Source: Candidatus Brocadiaceae bacterium (GTDB lineage Bacteria; Planctomycetota; Brocadiia; SM23-32). From it: a stretch of DNA of 64,000 nucleotides. Made by a program: the position numbers and the translations under genes. Location of the stretch: assembly GCA_012728835.1 (NCBI GenBank), contig JAAYEJ010000012.1, positions 123,207 through 187,206 of the forward strand. Reading direction: 5' to 3'. Below the pieces are notes generated by a model. It was given only the letters and a program-made list of their open reading frames with translations. It was not told where the DNA came from and did no database searches. Below, piece by piece: positions 56,024 to 64,000 of this stretch (its first letter is position 1; the number at the start of each line of letters is the position of its first letter).

Positions 56024-57223
56024 TCATTCGGCCCGGATGACCGCCCGCGGCGGCGCCAGAAGGCGCTCCACCTGGTCGGCTGCGGCCCCGTTGCGCGTCA
56101 GAAGGTCCACCAGGGACTCGACCGGGGCGAACGAATCGTCGAAGAAGGCGCAGTCCGCGTCCGCCTCGATCCGCAGTTCGGCCTCGAGGCATGCGGGCAC
56201 GAACACCGTCTCCCCGCGCCGGACCGGCATGGTCCGTTCGGCGGCGGTCAGTCGTCCCTTGCCCTCGAGGCAGTGCAGCACGTGGTAGCCGGCGCAGAGG
56301 GGCGTCGCCGTCGTGCGGCCGGCGGCGTCCAGGAAGACCCGGCTGCGGGCGAAATGCGGGTCGGCCACGAGGGCCTCGATGCGCAGGCCGTCGGCCGGCC
56401 GGACGGTCACCGGCGGCACGGCCCGGAGGCCGGCGTCGGGCTCGACCAGGCGGAAGCCCAGTTCGGGGTCCTCTCCGGGCCGCCGGCCGAAGTCGTAGAC
56501 GCGCACCGTCGGGTTCGCCTGGAGGTCCTGCGCGACGGCCGTGCGCCCGGCCGCGGCGTCGGCGACGGTGCGGTCGTCCGGATGCACCTGCACGCTGAGC
56601 AGGTCATTCTGCACGCACAGTATCTTGCTCAGCGTCGGCAACCGCGCCTCACCGTAGCCCTGCTGGATCTCGTCGATGACGAGGCGGCTGTCGGGTCCCA
56701 CAGCGAACATCGTGTGGAGCGCGCCGGCGGGCGCCAGGAAGACCTCGCCGCCCTGCAGCGGTTCGATGAGGCCGAACAGGCGCTGCACCTCCTCAGACCA
56801 GGCCGTCACGTCCGGGGGCAGTCCCTCCGTGAGAATCAGGTCCCGCAGTCGCTCGGCGTCCTGCGCGGTGGCCGGTCCGGCGGCCACGCCCGTTCGTCCC
56901 CGGACCGCGCGCACGCACCAGGCCTCGGTCTTGCCCCGGTGGGGCGTCTCGCGCAGATGGGCCGCCGCCCGCCGGCCGATCAGGGCCTCCAGGGCGGCGT
57001 CTCCGCGCGCGGCGGCCTTCGAGAGCAGTTCGGCCAGGGTGCGCCGCAGGGGCGGGTCGACGACGGCATTGCTGTAGTTGCCCACCCCGGTCTGGGCCGA
57101 GGCGAGCCAGAACTCGCCCAGCCCCACCTCGATGCCCGTGGCGGACAGCGCCTCCTGATGCACGAGCCCCCAGGGCTTCGTCACGACGGCGGGGGCCAGC
57201 TTCCACAGCCCTGGGGCGCTCAT
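56024..57223 (-). CDS. Class-I phosphomannose-isomerase-like cupin protein
   Basis: The N-terminus L.P.VVTKPWG...GEFWLAS resembles the type-I PMI catalytic core, with the later motifs VQVHPDD and GETVFVPA. The substrate is not certain. Confidence 0.55.
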   Translation of the reverse strand: MSAPGLWKLAPAVVTKPWGLVHQEALSATGIEVGLGEFWLASAQTGVGNYSNAVVDPPLRRTLAELLSKAAARGDAALEALIGRRAAAHLRETPHRGKTEAWCVRAVRGRTGVAAGPATAQDAERLRDLILTEGLPPDVTAWSEEVQRLFGLIEPLQGGEVFLAPAGALHTMFAVGPDSRLVIDEIQQGYGEARLPTLSKILCVQNDLLSVQVHPDDRTVADAAAGRTAVAQDLQANPTVRVYDFGRRPGEDPELGFRLVEPDAGLRAVPPVTVRPADGLRIEALVADPHFARSRVFLDAAGRTTATPLCAGYHVLHCLEGKGRLTAAERTMPVRRGETVFVPACLEAELRIEADADCAFFDDSFAPVESLVDLLTRNGAAADQVERLLAPPRAVIRAE

Positions 57224-57236
57224 GGCTGCGCGTCTC

Positions 57237-58388
57237 CTATTCGACGATGGTCGGGGCCGGCGCGAACGCCCAGTTCAGGTACTGATCGCGCACGTCGCCG
57301 GTCGCGGCGTCGCCGGCGTGGATCAGTATCCGATGGCGGAACGTCAGGTTCGCGCCGGCGGGGATCACGTGCGTGCCGTCATGGCCCTGGCCCTCGAAGA
57401 AGGACAGGCCGAACGGATTGGACGTCATCAGTCCGTAGTCGCGCACGTGCCAGTAGGTCGGGTGGCGGAAGTTCGACGGGTGGTCGAACAGGGCGATGCC
57501 GACGGTGTGGCCGTCCACGACGCCGGAGTAGTCGCACCAGGCGGCGCGCTTGCCCCAGGTCTCGGCCTCTGTGACGGCGCCGTGAGCGTTCCGGATGCGG
57601 CCGCCGCGGCGGCCCTCCATGGACTGCGCGACGCGCACGGAGAGGACGCCGCCCTCCTTGGTGTCGCCCAGGCGCACGTCGTCGTCGCCGGCATAGAGCG
57701 TCACGTCCACGTCCAGCAGGCGGAAGCTGGGCGGCACGTTGTAGAAGCGGAACTCGACGCGGTCCTGCATGAGCGGCGTTCCGTGGGCGTCCTGCCAGTC
57801 GCTCAGGGCGACGACGCGGCCGAAGACGGGGCCGCTCTCGACGGCGTCGAAGTAGCGGTGCACGACGCGTCCGTGCCCCTCTTGCTCGCTCCAGTTGTCG
57901 GACCCGTTCACGTCGCCCCAGGCGACCCAGAGCGAGCGATGGTGGATGTGGTCGGTGGAGTCGTCCGGCAGGGCCTCCTGGGGGTAGGCGCGCGTGACGC
58001 CCGCGCCGAACGGCCCGCGGAGCGGATAGAGGCAGGGGTGCGCGGCGTCGCCGCCGTAGAGGTAGCGGGTGAACAACTTGCCGCCGATCTCGATGCGCAG
58101 GGCGTCGTCGCCATCGGGCTTGACCTTCACGCCGGGGCCCGCAGGTCGGGCGTCGCCGGGCTCCAGGGCGTACTCCGCGTGCTGGCCGGGCGCCAGGGAG
58201 TCCACGATCCAGTGGATGCGGGTGCCGCCGGGCGTGGACTCGGCCTGATAGGGAACGGGGGCGCCGCGCGCTGCGTCGATCAACACGCAGCCTTCGAGTT
58301 CGCGGAGCGAGCGGTTGACGGCGGCGGTCACCGGGCAGAAGCGGACATTGCGCGGCGTGCCTTCGAGGGCGATCTTCAGTTCCTGCAT
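57237..58388 (-). CDS. PmoA-like (DUF6807) family protein
   Basis: Internal ATG (MQELKIALEG...). HHRSLWVAWGDVNG..NW, LGDTKEGG and YWHVRDYGLMTSNPFG match my memory of the PF14100-type family common in Planctomycetes. Confidence 0.65.
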   Translation of the reverse strand: MQELKIALEGTPRNVRFCPVTAAVNRSLRELEGCVLIDAARGAPVPYQAESTPGGTRIHWIVDSLAPGQHAEYALEPGDARPAGPGVKVKPDGDDALRIEIGGKLFTRYLYGGDAAHPCLYPLRGPFGAGVTRAYPQEALPDDSTDHIHHRSLWVAWGDVNGSDNWSEQEGHGRVVHRYFDAVESGPVFGRVVALSDWQDAHGTPLMQDRVEFRFYNVPPSFRLLDVDVTLYAGDDDVRLGDTKEGGVLSVRVAQSMEGRRGGRIRNAHGAVTEAETWGKRAAWCDYSGVVDGHTVGIALFDHPSNFRHPTYWHVRDYGLMTSNPFGLSFFEGQGHDGTHVIPAGANLTFRHRILIHAGDAATGDVRDQYLNWAFAPAPTIVE

Positions 58389-58534
58389 GGCGGCTCCATC
58401 CTCAGTCTCCGGGCCGGGTCGGCTGGTCTGACACAAGTCCTCCACTGCCTCCCGTCCCGCCCTCCCCGGGCAGCGCCGGGCGTCCCGCCCGGTGTCGTTG
58501 CCGGCACGACCGTGCAGGGCATGCAGTGGCCATC

Positions 58535-59356
58535 TCAGCCCTTCGGCAGAAGGTGCTCGTTCAGATACCGCAGGCTCTCGCGGGCGATGGTGTTCGGGTC
58601 GGGCGAGAAGTCGATCGGCTCCACCGAGACCCATCCGTCATAGGCGACCTCCCGCAGCGCGGCCCCGATCGAGGCGAAGTCCGTCTTGCCGAACCCCGGC
58701 GCCATGGTGCTCGCATCGTTCGCATGGAAGTGTTCCATGCGGTCGGCGTGGCGGCGGATGATGTCGGGGATCGGTTCGTCGTCGTCGCTCATGCCCTTCA
58801 CGTCGAGCATCATGCGGAAGCCCGGATGGTCGACGGCGTCCACGAGTCGCCGCGCCTCGGCGGCGGTGTTGATGAAGTTCGTCTCGACCGGGCCGAGGGC
58901 CTCGATGCACAGGCAGACGCCGCATTCGACCGCGCGGGGGGCCAGTTCTCCGAAGACGCGGACGGCGTTGTCCCACACCTCGCGGTAGGTCTGGCCCGGC
59001 AGGACGTTGCGCTGGCGGGGCGATCCGAACACGAGCGTGCGTCCCCCGATGTCGCCGCAGAATGCGATCAGGGCATCCAGATACCGGACCGTCCGGCCCC
59101 GCACGGCGCGGTCGTGGCTGTTCAGGTGCAGGCCCTTGGGGCTGGCCAGGAGCCAGTGCAGGCCCACGATCTCCACGCCCGCGTCTGCGGCCGCCCGCCG
59201 CAGTTCCTCTCGCCGTCCGGCGTCGACGTCTTCGATGGAATCGGCCACGGTGAACGGCGCGATCTCCACCCCTTCATAGCCCACGTCGGCTGCGAACCGG
59301 CAGACCTCGGCGAAGGACAGGTCCTTGAACATCTCGTTGCAGATGGCGAACTTCAC
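58535..59356 (-). CDS. Sugar-phosphate isomerase/epimerase (xylose-isomerase-like TIM barrel)
   Basis: 273 aa. MKFAICNEMF..., GYEGVEIAPF and CIEALGP..TNF. This is the typical AP_endonuc_2 fold family. Confidence 0.8.
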   Translation of the reverse strand: MKFAICNEMFKDLSFAEVCRFAADVGYEGVEIAPFTVADSIEDVDAGRREELRRAAADAGVEIVGLHWLLASPKGLHLNSHDRAVRGRTVRYLDALIAFCGDIGGRTLVFGSPRQRNVLPGQTYREVWDNAVRVFGELAPRAVECGVCLCIEALGPVETNFINTAAEARRLVDAVDHPGFRMMLDVKGMSDDDEPIPDIIRRHADRMEHFHANDASTMAPGFGKTDFASIGAALREVAYDGWVSVEPIDFSPDPNTIARESLRYLNEHLLPKG

Positions 59357-59375
59357 GTCGTCCTCCCGGCGGGCT

Positions 59376-59909
59376 CTACTCCTGGGGGGTTCTTGCGTTG
59401 TCGGCCCCGGCGGCCAGCTCCTCTTCCAGCATTCGCAGGAACGGTCCGAACAGCAGGCGGTTGTGCTCGTTCAACTCCGACAGGCGTTCATGCAGTTCCC
59501 TGACCTTCTGCAGCCTCTCGTACTCCGTCTTCGGGAAGTGCAGGAAGTCGATCTGGCGCAGTTCGGCGCCCTCGGGCAGGTCCACCCGTTCCTGGTGGAG
59601 GGAGACCATGGGCAGCAGGCCGATGCGGCAGAGCTGGCGGGCGAGCATCTCGTCGGCGTTCAGCACGACCACCGTCCGGCCCTGGCCCCGGACGCGGGCC
59701 GTGGCCGCCTCGGCGATGACGCCCAGGAACGTGCTGTCCATGCCCTTGCAGCAGGCCAGGTCGAACGTTACGGAGTTGCACCCGGCCCGAAACATGGCGC
59801 CGATGAAGTCGGGAATGCCCAGGCTGTTCGCCTGCGTGGCGAATCCGAGTGGTTTCAGGTAGACGGTGCGTTCGATCACCGCAACCTCGATGTGGTCTTT
59901 CTCGGCCAA
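59376..59909 (-). CDS. STAS-domain-like protein with C-terminal helical extension
   Basis: The N-terminal roughly 105 aa resemble an anti-sigma-antagonist/STAS fold (VTFDLACCKGMDSTFLGVI...VVVLNADEMLARQLCRIGL). The C-terminal roughly 70 aa are helical. The call is tentative. Confidence 0.45.
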   Translation of the reverse strand: MAEKDHIEVAVIERTVYLKPLGFATQANSLGIPDFIGAMFRAGCNSVTFDLACCKGMDSTFLGVIAEAATARVRGQGRTVVVLNADEMLARQLCRIGLLPMVSLHQERVDLPEGAELRQIDFLHFPKTEYERLQKVRELHERLSELNEHNRLLFGPFLRMLEEELAAGADNARTPQE

Positions 59910-59922
59910 CCTCGTCTCTCCC

Positions 59923-61257
59923 TCAGCGTCGGTTCGGGGCGGCGCACCGGCCGCCCGGCGGAGCGGTCTCGGGCCGGGCCCGTCCGCAGCAGTGTTTGAA
60001 CTTCAGGCCGCTGCCGCAGGGGCAGAGGGCGTTGCGGCCGGGCGCACGTCCGTGCGGGCGTGCCGGCGGGCGCGTGGCGGCCGCGCGCGGAGGCGGCGGC
60101 GCAGCGACCTCCTGTGCGATCCGGTTCAGAAACGCGTGCAGGTGCGGCCCCGGCGGACCGTCCTTGAGACGGCGGAACTCGGCGAACACGTGCGCGAAGA
60201 GCCGCCGGTTTGCTTCGCACAGGTAGGGTCTGTCCGTGTCGGAGAGCCCGAGCTTCCGGCGGTGCCGGTAGCAGCCGGCATGGCAGACGGCCAGCCATTC
60301 GCACTCGGTGCAGGCCGGCGGCACCGACTCGGCGCCCCGCACGAAGTCCCGGAACGGCCGGCCCTGCAGCATCCTCTCCAGCGTCTGCGTCCGCACGTTG
60401 CCCATCCGGAAGCGGGGCTCGACGAAGAAGTCGCACGGGTAGACGTCCCCGTTCCACTCGATGGTCAGCAGGTTCGAGCAGTCGGGACGGTACTCGCAGC
60501 ACTCCGGAGGCAGCCCGAAGAACTGGTGCAGCCAGTTGTCGATCCGCCGCACGTAGTAGGACGAATCGTCGTTGGCCACCCAGGCATCGAAGATCCTGAG
60601 CATGAACTCGGCGTATTCGGCCGCGGTGATCGACTGCTCGGAGGTCGCCCCGGGGGCCCCTGCCGGCTCGGTGCAGGGAATGAACTGGCTGTAGTGCAGG
60701 TCGTGCGCGCGCAGGAACTCGAAGACCCGCTCGGGTGCGTGCACGTTGGCCCGGCTGATGACGACCAGCACGTTGAACTCGACGCCGTGCGTCCGCAGGC
60801 GCTCGAGCGCGCCCATGGCGGTCCTGTACCCGGGGCGGCCGTCCGCGAAGCGGCGCTGGGCGTTCAGGTCCTCGGGGCCGTCGATGCTCAGACCGACCAG
60901 GAAGCGGTTCTCCGCCAGGAAGCGACACCATTCGTCGTCGAGGACGACGCCGTTGGTCTGGAGGCTGTTGCCGAAGCAGTCGCCCGGGCGTGCGTGGTCG
61001 GCCTGGATCCGGACGGCCCGGCGGAAGAAATCCAGCCCCATCAGTGTGGGCTCGCCGCCCTGCCAGCCGACCTTCACCTCGCACGGGTCCAGGGCCAGGT
61101 ACTGCTCGCAGACCGCCTCGAACACCTCCGGGGCCATGCGATGCCCCTGCGCGGCCGGGTAGAGGGCGCCCACGTGACGGTAATAGCAGTAGCCGCACGC
61201 CATGTTGCAGTCGGCGCTGACGGGCTTGATCAACATGCCGAGGTTCGGCTTCTTCAT
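59923..61257 (-). CDS. Anaerobic sulfatase-maturating enzyme (radical SAM/SPASM) with C-terminal SEC-C motif
   Basis: IKPVSADCNMACGYCYY (CX3CX2C), WQGGEPTL, LQTNG, GLSIDGP, SPASM cysteines (CTECEWLAVCHAGC) and the terminal CPCGSGLKFKHCCG (nt 59983-60024). Confidence 0.85.
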   Translation of the reverse strand: MKKPNLGMLIKPVSADCNMACGYCYYRHVGALYPAAQGHRMAPEVFEAVCEQYLALDPCEVKVGWQGGEPTLMGLDFFRRAVRIQADHARPGDCFGNSLQTNGVVLDDEWCRFLAENRFLVGLSIDGPEDLNAQRRFADGRPGYRTAMGALERLRTHGVEFNVLVVISRANVHAPERVFEFLRAHDLHYSQFIPCTEPAGAPGATSEQSITAAEYAEFMLRIFDAWVANDDSSYYVRRIDNWLHQFFGLPPECCEYRPDCSNLLTIEWNGDVYPCDFFVEPRFRMGNVRTQTLERMLQGRPFRDFVRGAESVPPACTECEWLAVCHAGCYRHRRKLGLSDTDRPYLCEANRRLFAHVFAEFRRLKDGPPGPHLHAFLNRIAQEVAAPPPPRAAATRPPARPHGRAPGRNALCPCGSGLKFKHCCGRARPETAPPGGRCAAPNRR

Positions 61258-61323
61258 CTGTGCTCCGGCGGCCGTCGTCGGACGGGGAACCGCCGGCCAT
61301 TATAGCAGCCCCGAGGGGATGCG

Positions 61324-64000
61324 TCACCGGAAGCCCCCGGCGCGCTGCTCCAGCCAGCCCCCGGGGCTGGCCAGCGCGATGCCGGTGCGGACAATCAGGG
61401 CGCCCAGGGCCAGGCAGCCGCCGATCCGGGCGCCCGACCAGGTGCCCGGCGGGTGCCCGTGTGCAAGGAGACCCAGGGCCACGAGGGCCGCCAGGGCTCC
61501 CACGAACCAGACGGCGTAGACGGCGCTGCGCGCGAAGAGCACTCGATGGCGCGCCACCGCGTGCAGCAGCAGCGAGAGCCCGGCCGCCGCGGCCAGCAGA
61601 AGGGCGACGATCCCGGCGTTGCCCCGCTCGCTCAGAGCCAGCTCGAGCCTGGCCACCTGCAGGGCGCCCAGGCCGCCCACATCCGATGCGATTCGGCCCA
61701 GTCCGGAGGCGATACCCGCAGACGCGGCCCGTCCTTCCAGCATGCCGTGCAGCACGGCCAGCCCGCCGGCCAAGGTCAGGAGCAGCCCCAGGGTGCCCAA
61801 TGCCTGCCCGGCCGCCCGGCTGACCGCGGCGGCGGGCGATTGGTCCGGTTCGTCCAGGCCGCCCTCGCGCCGCACCGCCCGCCAGCGGACCAGCAGGGCC
61901 AGGGCGGCCAGGCCGAGGATCAGGGCGAGGGCGCCCGCCACGCCGAGGGCGGCGATGCGACCCGGCATCGCGGGGCGCGGCAGCGCCCGGGCCTGGCGCA
62001 CCAGGTCGGCCCCCAAGGGGGTCAGAAGGCCCAGCCACAGCACGGCCACCAGGGGATAGACGGCCGGCCGGCCGTTCCGCGCCTCCTCGTGGACCATCAG
62101 CAGCGCGTAGGCGGCTGCGCCGACAGCGATCGCGAAGCGCCCCTGGGTGCCCGCCCTGCGCCCGATCCGCCATGCCAGGCCGGCGGCGCCCTGCGCCCAA
62201 CCGCGCGCCAGCCGGGTCCACTCGAACAGGATGCCCTCGGCCTGCGGATGCAGGTCGATCAGCACGGCGAGCGTCAGACCCACGGCCGACAGGACCACGC
62301 CCGCGATGACCAGGAACCGCAGATGGGCGCTGGCCCAGCCGGGGCGGTGCGGCCATGCCGGGCCGGCCGCACGTGCGCCCGCCCGGGCCGAACGCAGTGC
62401 GGACGGCGCGGCCTGCCAGAACCGGGCGACCATGGCGCTCAGAAGCAGCATGGCGGCCAGGCGGGCCGGGAAGCGGGAGGCGAGGACGCGACCGGCCGTG
62501 GTCGCCCATTCCGCTGCCGGCGGGGCGGTGAACAGGCCGCCCGCGCAGGTCAGGGCGAACGCCGTGGCCGCCGTCAGCGCCGCACACCAGGCCGCCGCGA
62601 CCGCCCGGAGCGCCCAGCGCACGCCGCTGCGGGCCAGGACGTGCACGAGCACCGCGCCCGCAGCGGCGACTCCCGCCAGAAGCCGCACAGCGGGTACGGA
62701 CAGGGCCGCGTCGGCCGCGCGGCCGACGGCCGTCCAGGCGCCCGGCGCGCTGCCCAGCGTCGCGAGGTCATTCAGGAAGGAGGCGCCGACGGCCAGAACC
62801 GTGCGTACGCCGGCAACCGCCTCCGGACGGCCCAGCCACAGCGCCAGGGCGGCTGCAAGCCACAGCCCGGCCAGGAGGCCGCCGGCCGTGGTCAGTAGCG
62901 CGACGTCGTCCTGAAGGGCGCGCGCGGGATGCACGGCGCGGCTCTGCCGCCGCGCCACGAGCGCGCCGAAGAACGCATGGGCGAACCCGACCACGACGAT
63001 GCACCAGAGAAGGGCGGCGGCCAGGTCCCATGCCTCCGTCCGGCCCACGTTCATGCCGGCGCCCAGGTCGAAGAGCCGGCGCAGGCTGCAGGCGGCGGCC
63101 ATGGCGGCGCCCGCGATCGGCAGCAGCGCCCACCGGCCCGTCCAGGAGCCGTACCGCGTGGCCAGCCGGGCGACGGCCAGGGCCGCGGCCACGCCGCCGG
63201 CGATCAGCAGGGAATCGAGGCCCGCCGTCCATCCGTGGCTGTGCAGGCCGAGGGCCAGAAGGACCAGGCCCACGGCGGCCACCAGTTGCCAGGCGAATGC
63301 CGTCGACTGAAGGGCATCCGCTCCGGCGGGCCCGCGGCGCCTCCAGGCGGACGTCAGGCCGGCCGTCAGCAGGACGCCGTAGGCCGGCGCGCACCAGGCG
63401 GCGGCCGCCGCCCAGAGACTCACCGACGCGCGCTGCACGCCTTCGTTGCGGATCATCAGAAACGTCGTGAACGCGACCGCAGCCAGCAGGATGAGCAGCC
63501 AGGCCACGCTCAGGGGCGTCCTCCAGCGGCTCCGGCGGACACCGAGCAGCCGCCGCGAGGTGGCCAGGCCGGCGCCGACGACGGCGCAGGCCGCCAGCGC
63601 CACCGCGTAGTCGGCCTTCGTCCAGAGCGCCAGGGATTCGCGCGCGGCGGCCGGTGCCGTGGTCTGCCCCATGCGCAGAACCGCCAGGGGGACAAAGGCC
63701 GCCGCGGCCGCCGCGGCCGTCCGATACGCCCAGCCGCGGTCCCGCAGGAACTCCACGAACACGACGCAGCCCCCCAGCCCGAGCAGGCCGAAGGCCAGCG
63801 CTTCCGGGAGCATCGACGCCGGAGGCGCGCCGTGGATGAACTCGTCGATCGCATGGAGCAGGGTGCCCAGGACGGTCAGCGCGGCAACGGCGAGGCCCGC
63901 GACCCCCGCGAAGCGACGGCACAGTCGGGCGGCAGGCACGCCGGCGGCGGCCAGGCCGCAGAGGACCAGCAGCACCACGGCCGCGTCGAAGGCCAGCAGG
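61324..64000 (-). CDS. Very large polytopic membrane protein (more than 890 aa), 5-prime partial at the window edge
   Basis: The ORF stays open upstream of the first in-window start (63978) to nt 64000. More than 20 Ala/Leu/Gly-rich hydrophobic segments. GC3-rich codons in this frame. No family recognised. Confidence 0.6.
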   Translation of the reverse strand, partial: LLAFDAAVVLLVLCGLAAAGVPAARLCRRFAGVAGLAVAALTVLGTLLHAIDEFIHGAPPASMLPEALAFGLLGLGGCVVFVEFLRDRGWAYRTAAAAAAAFVPLAVLRMGQTTAPAAARESLALWTKADYAVALAACAVVGAGLATSRRLLGVRRSRWRTPLSVAWLLILLAAVAFTTFLMIRNEGVQRASVSLWAAAAAWCAPAYGVLLTAGLTSAWRRRGPAGADALQSTAFAWQLVAAVGLVLLALGLHSHGWTAGLDSLLIAGGVAAALAVARLATRYGSWTGRWALLPIAGAAMAAACSLRRLFDLGAGMNVGRTEAWDLAAALLWCIVVVGFAHAFFGALVARRQSRAVHPARALQDDVALLTTAGGLLAGLWLAAALALWLGRPEAVAGVRTVLAVGASFLNDLATLGSAPGAWTAVGRAADAALSVPAVRLLAGVAAAGAVLVHVLARSGVRWALRAVAAAWCAALTAATAFALTCAGGLFTAPPAAEWATTAGRVLASRFPARLAAMLLLSAMVARFWQAAPSALRSARAGARAAGPAWPHRPGWASAHLRFLVIAGVVLSAVGLTLAVLIDLHPQAEGILFEWTRLARGWAQGAAGLAWRIGRRAGTQGRFAIAVGAAAYALLMVHEEARNGRPAVYPLVAVLWLGLLTPLGADLVRQARALPRPAMPGRIAALGVAGALALILGLAALALLVRWRAVRREGGLDEPDQSPAAAVSRAAGQALGTLGLLLTLAGGLAVLHGMLEGRAASAGIASGLGRIASDVGGLGALQVARLELALSERGNAGIVALLLAAAAGLSLLLHAVARHRVLFARSAVYAVWFVGALAALVALGLLAHGHPPGTWSGARIGGCLALGALIVRTGIALASPGGWLEQRAGGFR

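Overview
The window is GC-rich DNA (about 70% by eye, not computed) with very dense coding. I call about 57 protein genes and 3 tRNAs (Val-TAC, Thr-CGT, Ser-TGA). I saw no rRNA, CRISPR array, transposase, integrase or phage genes. All family calls rest on motif recognition from memory, because no BLAST or HMM search could be run.

The content is mostly chromosomal housekeeping: hslVU, ndk, uvrB, nadC, typA, ribBA, mutY, trpC, thiE, sufC plus a sufB/D-like gene, and ptb-buk. This is interleaved with envelope and glycan genes (GT39/83-like, O-antigen-ligase-like, GH130-like, CE4-like, NDP-sugar epimerase, anSME) and many signalling proteins. The signalling set includes a Ser/Thr kinase, an NtrC-type regulator, a TPR-REC-4xPAS protein, a GAF-PAS protein and a STAS protein. 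The gene repertoire (DUF1570, PmoA-like DUF6807, anSME, Gfo/Idh/MocA, many PAS/STK proteins) suggests a Planctomycetota/PVC-like organism, but only weakly.

The many very long ORFs in the six-frame track (up to 1588 aa) are antisense or out-of-frame shadows typical of high-GC DNA, and I rejected them.

The most interesting items are:
- An uncharacterised 745-aa EF-hand/Cys-cluster membrane protein with a small membrane partner (20179-23082).
- An orphan AHAS regulatory (ACT) subunit translationally coupled to ptb-buk (31635-34089).
- A Ser/Thr kinase fused to what looks like a catalytically dead M48/HtpX-like membrane domain (42264-44873).
- A translationally coupled HAD plus DHS-like gene pair heading a glycan-type cluster (6702-11981).
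- A giant membrane protein, an anSME with a C-terminal SEC-C motif, and a STAS protein in one block (59376-64000).
- A half-decayed ars-like thiol/redox island (1678-6700).

None of these is proven novel. Each needs database and synteny checks.
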